A DNA stretch of 64,000 bases from positions 124,001 to 188,000 of IMG/VR virus record IMGVR_UViG_3300042473_001540. The stretch is one strand, 5' to 3'. The notes under the pieces were generated by a model. It saw only the letters and a list, made by a program, of their open reading frames with translations, was not told the DNA's origin and ran no database searches. This document shows positions 59,501 to 64,000 of this stretch, piece by piece. The first letter of the stretch is position 1. Each line of letters opens with the position of its first letter. The position numbers and the translations under genes are program-made.

Positions 59501-60728
59501 ATGCTCCAATGGTGTTGGCACATGATGCGTAGTGGCCGATAGCTGTATTCAAGGTTCCTGTTGTGTTGGCAGAGAGGGCAAACGATCCAAATGCAGCATT
59601 GTCTGAACCAACTGAGCTGCTGCACATGCTGGAGAATCCCAAAGCAATATTGTTGCAGCCTGTGGTGTTGCAGCGCAAAGCATTTGAGCCCACAGCGATG
59701 TTCCATAAGCCGTTAGTGAGTCCTCCCAGGGCACTGCTGCCAACAGCTACGTTGTCTGATCCACTCACACTATTGAACAGGGCACAGTCACCAACAGCAA
59801 TGTTCCGACTGCCACTGGTGTTGTTAAACAAACTGTTGTTGCCAACAGCAATGTTCAAGTTGCCTTGGGTATTGCAACGCAAGGCGCTTGTGCCCAGTGC
59901 AGTATTGTAGCTGCCTGTTGTGTTGCACAACAGGGTGGCTTCACCAAATGCGGCATTGAAGCTGCCAGTGGTATTAGTGCACAGACTGTTCCGCCCAACA
60001 GCCACATTCATTTGGCCCACAGTGTTGGCATATAGTGCACACCGCCCTACAGCCACGTTCCAATTGCCAGTTGTGTTTGAGAACAACGCGTCGCTGCCAA
60101 GGGCAGTATTTTCTTGCCCAATCGTATTGGATTTGAGCGCGTCTACCCCCACGGCAGTGTTTTGAACGCCAGTTGTGTTATTGCTGAGCGCCAAACAACC
60201 AATAGCAATATTTTCTGTGCCTGTGCTGGTTGTGCTGCCTGCACAGTATCCTATTGCAGTGTTGGAGTTGTTGCTTGTGAGGCCATACACAGTTCCCAAT
60301 TGAATTGGAGTTGCTGCTGAAACTGCCCCGCCAGAAATGCCAGTTAAACCAGCACCACAACCAAAGAAGCAGCGGGCACACACATCACCAGTGCCATTGT
60401 TGACAACTAGACAATTGGCGTCAACACGCAATCTCTCAGTTGTGCCAGCACCAATCAGCACAGTGTCAACGAGGCCTGGGGTACCAGCCAACTGCCCAAT
60501 CACTGTGTTGGCACAGCCTGTTGTGATGCTACCACCAGCATAGACACCTAGACCCATGTTCAGAGAGCCGGTTGAGACAGCCAGAAGAGCCCCACCACCA
60601 AAAGCTGTATTGCTAACACCTGTGTTGAGATTACAAAGTGCATTGATACCCACGGCTGTGTTAAGTGCAGTCGTATTGCATCCTGTACTATTGGGAATCA
60701 CTATATTCCCACAAATTTTTATCGCCAT
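53598..60728 (-). CDS. giant Cys/Asn/Gly-rich repeat fibre with C-terminal peptidase S74 intramolecular chaperone
   Basis: 14-residue N(I/T)A(I/V)GxxALxxNxxG repeats; SDARDK..I, LRPV.F.W, GFIAQEV, terminal coiled coil. Confidence 0.88.
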   Translation of the reverse strand: MAIKICGNIVIPNSTGCNTTALNTAVGINALCNLNTGVSNTAFGGGALLAVSTGSLNMGLGVYAGGSITTGCANTVIGQLAGTPGLVDTVLIGAGTTERLRVDANCLVVNNGTGDVCARCFFGCGAGLTGISGGAVSAATPIQLGTVYGLTSNNSNTAIGYCAGSTTSTGTENIAIGCLALSNNTTGVQNTAVGVDALKSNTIGQENTALGSDALFSNTTGNWNVAVGRCALYANTVGQMNVAVGRNSLCTNTTGSFNAAFGEATLLCNTTGSYNTALGTSALRCNTQGNLNIAVGNNSLFNNTSGSRNIAVGDCALFNSVSGSDNVAVGSSALGGLTNGLWNIAVGSNALRCNTTGCNNIALGFSSMCSSSVGSDNAAFGSFALSANTTGTLNTAIGHYASCANTIGACNIALGACSLAANTSGGSNVAVGPFALASNTVGVRNIAMGRCALAANTGNCNIGIGVLSLLNTTTGACNIAIGNSSGGNITTGTSNTIIGNLSGCAGLTATVLIGAGATERIRVDANCLVVNNGTGDVCARCFFGCGAGLTGISGGSVSAATPTSLGTVYANTPVGSNVQLGYNAGNTTATGADNIAVGCLALVNNGFGCQNLAFGSSSMCASTTGRSNIAIGIDTMMLGGGPCGNIGVGNGALCCVSGTQGTANVALGHFALRRTTTGGYNTAVGEQVLQNNTIGCQNIGFGAFALGANTSGFNNIGIGAYAVDANTTGVENVGIGTCSLTANTIGLCNTAVGGNSLKSNTIGCFNTALGFMALNCNTTGNSNIGIGVCAGFSITTGCSNTVIGNLAGTADCVNTVLIGAGTNERLRVDANCLVVNNGTGDVCARCYFGCGAALTGVAATTANLDIYASYKVGNGLTVSTGTNNFAFGQGALCCNRNGCSNTAIGASALRCNTTGSNNIAVGCLALQFNTSGNNNIGMGFDALGTNFNGSDNIALGACALRNNITNSNIAIGGAALQQNTSGTFNIALGIGALTANTAGICNIAIGQLAGSLITTGFNNTIIGNLSPAAGSVCCVLIAAGSCQRLAIDVNGFAINGSGVGCCGYACLDCTSSYKIGTFNTSSTGTFNMAFGQGALCCNRNGCSNTAIGASALRCNTSGCHNIAVGCLALQLNLTGNNNIGMGFDALGTLGTTSGGSDNIALGACALRNNQTNSNIAIGGAALQQNCSGTFNIALGIGALSANAVGTCNIAIGQGAGNVVTGSNNTIIGNLSGTTGLNNTVLIGAGSCERLKVDSSGLYVNGASIGSCGYACLDVYSSYKIGTFMSSSTGLYNMAFGLAALCLNLNGSNNTAIGASALRCNTTGSNNIAVGCLALQFNTSGNNNIGMGFDALGTLGTTSGGSDNIALGACALRNNQTNSNIAIGGAALQQNCSGTFNIALGIGALSANAVGTCNIAIGQGAGNVVTGSNNTIIGNLSGTTGLNNTVLIGAGSCERLKVDSSGLYVNGASIGSCGYASLDCTSSYKIGTFMSSSTGLYNMAFGLGALCCNRNGSSNTAIGASALRCNTAGSNNIAVGCLALQLNLTGNNNIGMGFDALGINPGGCDNIALGACALRNNLTNSNIAIGGAALQQNTNGTFNIALGIGALTANTTGTCNIAIGQNAGSLITTGFNNTVIGNLSGTGGLVCTVLIGAGACERLRVDGTGLYVNGASIGSCGYACLDCTSSYKIGTFMSSSAGTFNMAFGQGALCCNLTGCSNTAIGASALRCNQNGSHNIAIGCLALQFNTLGCNNIGMGVNALGTNLNGSDNIALGALALCSNTTGCNIAIGYFALSQNTTGTGNIALGIGALTANTTGTCNIAIGQNAGSLITTGFNNTVIGNVTPAAGSVSCVLIAAGSCLRLAIDGNGFAINGNPVGCCGYACLDCTSSYKIGTSNTSSTGLFNMAFGLAALCCNRNGCSNTAIGASALRCNTSGCHNIAVGCLALQFNTSGNNNIGMGFDALGINPGGCDNIALGACALRNNTTNSNIAIGGAALQQNTTGTGNIALGIGALTANTTGTCNIAIGQNAGSLITTGFNNTVIGNVTPAAGSVSCVLIAAGSCLRLAIDGNGFAINGNPVGCCGYACLDCTSSYKIGTSNTSSTGLFNMAFGLAALCCNQNGSNNTAIGACALRCNTTGSNNIAVGCWALQFNTSGINNIGLGFDALGTNFCGSDNIALGACALRNNTTNSNIAIGGAALQQNTNGTNNTAIGRSAGTSNTNGSNNVFLGCGASGATATSNNTITFGDSSITTLRAQVTTITALSDARDKTDIEDIPLGLQLIRDLRPVKFTWNTRDGSRVGVKSAGFIAQEVLEVSNRYNLQDWLHLVLEDNPEKLEATVANVFPVLIRAVQELAESNDQLNQRVTALELALTAKGV
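54030..58140 (-). repeat. seven tandem ~609-615 bp internal repeats in the fibre gene
   Basis: Equivalent anchor (YKIG/YKVG codons) at 54445, 55054, 55663, 56272, 56887, 57502, 58111; long blocks identical at nucleotide level; outer limits approximate. Confidence 0.92.
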
Positions 60729-60832
60729 AGTGGATTACACCTTGTTTTCGTTTTCAGAGTTCTTTCCTGCACTACAACAAAAATGGCTGAACCATCTTCG
60801 CTCTCCCCTGCTGGATCAAACTCGGCTACCCC

Positions 60833-60839
60833 TATTTAC
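60833..60839 (-). promoter_or_regulatory. late-promoter-like box for the fibre/glycosylation operon
   Basis: GTAAATA on minus strand about 100 nt before ATG 60728. Confidence 0.4.
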
Positions 60840-61001
60840 GGAATGGTCTTGGAGCTAGGTAGTTGATTACCGTTTTGCCTCTACCTTTTTAAGGTGTCCT
60901 GACACCGTCGGGAAAAATTTTTTCCCAAATTTCCACGTGACTTAAGAGTTTTTGGTTGTATATTATGCTGAATATGCCACTACGCAAGGAGGCCACTTAT
61001 T

Positions 61002-62264
61002 ATGTCTATCGCCAATGACGATTCAGCTATGACCAAGATCCGCAAGGCTCGATTGAAGTTGATGTTCACCCATCCTTTTTTCGGAACATTGGTCATGAAC
61101 CTTCCGGTTAAGGACGCAACTGATGCTGGATGGTGCCCGACTGCTGCGGTTGATGGTCGATATATCTACTACAACCGAAATTTCATCAACGACCTATCAG
61201 TTGATGAAGTGCTGTTTGTTTTTGCGCACGAGTGCTACCATTGTATCTTTGATCACTTTGGTCGACGCAGCCATCGTGATCCGCAGTGGTTTAACATGGC
61301 CAATGATTACGTTATAAACGGCCTACTTGTGCAAGACAAGATTGGCAAAATGCCAGAAAAAAAGGTAGAAGTTAAAGACGCTGATGGCAAATCCACCCAG
61401 CGTGTTGGCCTCTACGACAGCAAGTATCTGGGCTGGACGTCAGAAAAAGTCTATGACGACCTTGTAAAGCGCAAGGTGAAGAAACAGCTTACTCTCGACG
61501 TGCACATTGAGATGGGCAAAGATGCCCAAAACTCAGATGGGCAAAAAAGCAACCAAGGCATTCCTGTTGAGATTGATGAGGAAAGCCTCAAACAGCTTCG
61601 AGCTGAGCTCAAAGACAAGGTTCTGCAAGCTGCCAATGCCTCTGCTGGAAATCTTCCAGCCAGCATTGCACGTCTTGTGGACCATCTTGTGGAGCCCAAG
61701 ATCAACTGGCGTGACTTCATTCGCGAGACTATTCAAAGCCAACTCACAAGCGACTACACCTACCGGCGCCCCAATCGTCGCCATCATGGTGGTGATGTGG
61801 TGTTTGCCAGCCTGGAGCGTGAGGAAACTGTGGATGTGGAGGTCAGCATTGACCAAAGCGGCAGCATCTCTGCTGACATGGCACGCGACTTTCTAAGTGA
61901 AGTTTTGGGGATAACTTCACAATATGATAATTTCCGGCTTGCAGTCAGCACCTTTGATACCCGGCTCTATAATCGCCAGGAGTTTACTCCAGAAAACATT
62001 GAAGAGCTGCTGGAGTATGAGCCCATGGGTGGCGGCGGAACCGACATTTCTGTGGTTATTAGATCACTCAAGGAAATGAATGTTGAGCCCAAGGTATTGA
62101 TCATCTTCACAGATCTTGAATCAAGTGAGTTTGGCGAGCCCAATTTCTGTCCCGTTGTTTGGCTTGTCAACAATCCTTGGAACAAGAATATCGTTCCGCC
62201 GTTTGGTACCTGGGTGCGGTTCACAAAAGAAGAAGGGGTGGCTGAAACAGGAGATGCAGGCTAG
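61002..62264 (+). CDS. metallopeptidase-vWA protein (DUF2201-like), MoxR partner
   Basis: PFFG.L, TAAVDG, HECYH (HExxH), IDQSGS, GGGGTD, FTD. Confidence 0.9.
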   Translation: MSIANDDSAMTKIRKARLKLMFTHPFFGTLVMNLPVKDATDAGWCPTAAVDGRYIYYNRNFINDLSVDEVLFVFAHECYHCIFDHFGRRSHRDPQWFNMANDYVINGLLVQDKIGKMPEKKVEVKDADGKSTQRVGLYDSKYLGWTSEKVYDDLVKRKVKKQLTLDVHIEMGKDAQNSDGQKSNQGIPVEIDEESLKQLRAELKDKVLQAANASAGNLPASIARLVDHLVEPKINWRDFIRETIQSQLTSDYTYRRPNRRHHGGDVVFASLEREETVDVEVSIDQSGSISADMARDFLSEVLGITSQYDNFRLAVSTFDTRLYNRQEFTPENIEELLEYEPMGGGGTDISVVIRSLKEMNVEPKVLIIFTDLESSEFGEPNFCPVVWLVNNPWNKNIVPPFGTWVRFTKEEGVAETGDAG

Positions 62265-62275
62265 ATAATTGCCTC

Positions 62276-62305
62276 AATAGGCGGAAGTTATTTCCGCCTA
62301 TTTTT
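62276..62305 (+). terminator. intrinsic terminator overlapping the 3' end of the convergent endonuclease gene
   Basis: AATAGGCGGAA / TTCCGCCTATT plus T-run. Confidence 0.7.
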
Positions 62306-63223
62306 AGCACTTGCAGACATTTTTCTTTTTGACTCGTCAGAATGTTTGAGACCTTGTCTGCTTTCACTGATTTTCTTTTTTGTCTCATCCGAAAGCTTGC
62401 GACCTTTGTTATTTTCGCTGATTTTCCTTTTTGTTTCTTCAGATTGAGTTTTACCCTTTTTAATCTCGCTCATTTTCTGTTTTGACAAATCGCTGTGTTT
62501 CTTTCCTTTGAACGGGTTAACCATTCCGTTGGTGTAATTCTGCTTGTTTTTTTGACGTGATTTTTCTTTTACTTCTTCGCTGCGCGGAATGCCACGGAGT
62601 TTACTGACCTTGCCCATATTGATTTGGGATAATAAGGCTCTAGTTTGCTCGGATACAATACGACCCTTCAATTTAGCTGCGCGTTTAGCCACTAATTCTA
62701 GTGGCTGTTTTTTACCTTTCAAAGCTTCTGATCTTTTTCTATTGGACTCCTCTGAGGGAGTTCTGCCTTTGCTACTTTCTCCTATCTTCTTGCAGGTTTC
62801 TGGTGAATGTTTTCTGCCTGTCCTGACTTGTGATACCATCTTTCTGCACTTCTCATATAGAGATGCAGTAACAAAATGTGAATTTGTTCGATAACCTACC
62901 ATATAATTCAGTGCATAAATCATTTTAGCTTTCGCTGAGTCAGTAGATACTATATAAATCAATAGTTGATGACATAACAAATGTTCTCTTGCTGTGAGGC
63001 GAACTAAATTCGAAGGGTCATTTGAATTTCCTTCAATCCATCCTCTTGTACCCTTCCGATTACGATGTAAAAAGAAAGAGTCAGGGACTATGTGATGTTG
63101 TTCTGTATACCCAACAAGTTGACGAATTCTTGCTGATTCAATTATACTGTAATACCATTGAGTGTATTTGTTGTCTAAATACGGATGGTTGATAGGCAAA
63201 GATACCCTAGGCAATAATTTCAT
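62288..63223 (-). mobile_element. free-standing HNH homing endonuclease with NUMOD3 repeats
   Basis: EQHHIVP...NLVRLTAREH..CH.LL; repeated G.K.SEE.K.KISE motifs; AAGGAG SD before ATG 63223. Confidence 0.9.
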
Positions 63224-63294
63224 GCTGAATGCTCCTTCATAGCGTTTAGAGCGGTCGGAGAGGTTAGAGGCTCGCGGACCGCAATTGTATTTAG
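63224..63294 (-). promoter_or_regulatory. late promoter and structured leader of the endonuclease
   Basis: CTAAATA 63288-63294 (minus); GCGGTC/GACCGC stem 63251-63282. Confidence 0.5.
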
Positions 63295-63337
63295 TGTCAA
63301 TTTTGACACGTACACACATAATTGTACAAACTCTGCT

Positions 63338-63607
63338 ATGAGCACCAACATATCAACCCAACTTGAAGAACTGGCTGTGGGCATTGTCACCAGAGTCAGT
63401 GAAATGCTGTATGTGGCCAGCAAAGATCTTGAGCCCAGCAAGCGGGAAAAGATCGTAGAGATGATTGAAAACCAACTGCCTACAGTGGTTGTCAACACTC
63501 TCTTCCGAACAGAGGCTCTTCACACACCAAAAGGCATTGATCATCTCAGAGAGAATATCGAAGATTATTCAATGCAGTTCACACAAATGTTCATCAGGAA
63601 CGATTGA
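63338..63607 (+). CDS. hypothetical helical protein
   Basis: 89-aa ORF after TTGACA at 63303. Confidence 0.65.
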   Translation: MSTNISTQLEELAVGIVTRVSEMLYVASKDLEPSKREKIVEMIENQLPTVVVNTLFRTEALHTPKGIDHLRENIEDYSMQFTQMFIRND

Positions 63608-63930
63608 GCTTAAATAGGGGTGTGACCCAACCCCTCACTGTTTGTCTCAAATTTCCACGAGACTGTTCCATGACACTGCTAAGAATAGCAGTACTGGAAA
63701 CTCAAATCACAAACACATATGAAAATGTAGGTTTCCGCAAACAGGAAACAATTTATGACATTGACGTCACCATAGAGTTTAACTCAGTTGGTGACCAAAT
63801 ACATTGGGAATTTACCAATTCCTCCTTGACACAAGTGGCTGGCATGTTATTTTGGCCCCATGAGCAAGAAAACAACAGCTTATTTTTCCATAGACATCGA
63901 AACCGATGGACCCTGTCCAGGACTCAATAG
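63604..63930 (+). CDS. hypothetical protein (start uncertain)
   Basis: ORF fills the gap but overlaps the next gene by about 70 nt. Confidence 0.4.
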   Translation: MSLNRGVTQPLTVCLKFPRDCSMTLLRIAVLETQITNTYENVGFRKQETIYDIDVTIEFNSVGDQIHWEFTNSSLTQVAGMLFWPHEQENNSLFFHRHRNRWTLSRTQ

Positions 63931-64000
63931 TATGTTGAGCTTGGGTTGTGTGGCTTTTGATGAACAGGGCAACAATCTTGACACCTACTATGTGAACTTG
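63860..64000 (+). CDS. DEDD 3'-5' exonuclease, N-terminus (runs off window; not in ORF track)
   Basis: MSKKTTAYFSIDIETDGPCPGLNSMLSLGCVAF, ExoI DxE motif. Confidence 0.8.
   Translation, partial: MSKKTTAYFSIDIETDGPCPGLNSMLSLGCVAFDEQGNNLDTYYVNL

Noticed and set aside
53983-60858. Many plus-strand ORFs opposite the fibre gene
   Set aside because: Antisense shadows of the repetitive fibre frame; they repeat with the same period and have no independent signals.
1-64000. Bacterial LPS/O-antigen locus or chromosome; tRNA and rRNA genes
   Set aside because: Sugar genes are interleaved with T4-like replication genes and late promoters, with no wzx/wzy or housekeeping operons; no tRNA or rRNA signatures were found in intergenic gaps by eye.

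Overview
This window is best read as part of a large T4-like (jumbo) myophage genome rather than bacterial chromosome. It has a family-B DNA polymerase, gp45-like clamp, T4-type RNase H/5'-exonuclease, ATP-dependent ligase, a MoxR ATPase with its vWA-metallopeptidase partner, an HNH/NUMOD3 homing endonuclease, TAAATA late-promoter boxes and TTGAC-N16-TANANT early promoters (often with GC just before the -10, weakly suggesting an alphaproteobacterial host). Accessory content: 3,6-dideoxyhexose genes, a DUF350-DUF1190-glutathionylspermidine synthase operon, uvsE, speD, a Sir2 enzyme, a serine resolvase, two glycosyltransferase clusters and a 2376-aa Cys-rich repeat fibre. Four things stand out. 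(1) Three consecutive mosaic ORFs (14.9-22.6 kb) string together GNAT, ADP-ribosyltransferase-like, deaminase, HsdS-like, ParB-like and small basic modules, with an L/V-x-E motif at nearly every module boundary; this matches T4 prohead-protease specificity and suggests capsid-packaged effector polyproteins. (2) A 7-deazaguanine locus has a queuosine-mannosyltransferase (GTDC1/QTMAN)-like glycosyltransferase between a QueD-paralog and a divergent TGT/DpdA, suggesting an uncharacterised glycosylated base. (3) Miniature major-capsid-like and portal-like fragments sit side by side in the replication block and may be decoys. (4) An inverted fibre-plus-glycosylation island splits the MoxR/vWA pair. 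All family calls come from motif recognition by eye; no searches were run. No tRNA, rRNA or CRISPR array was seen.
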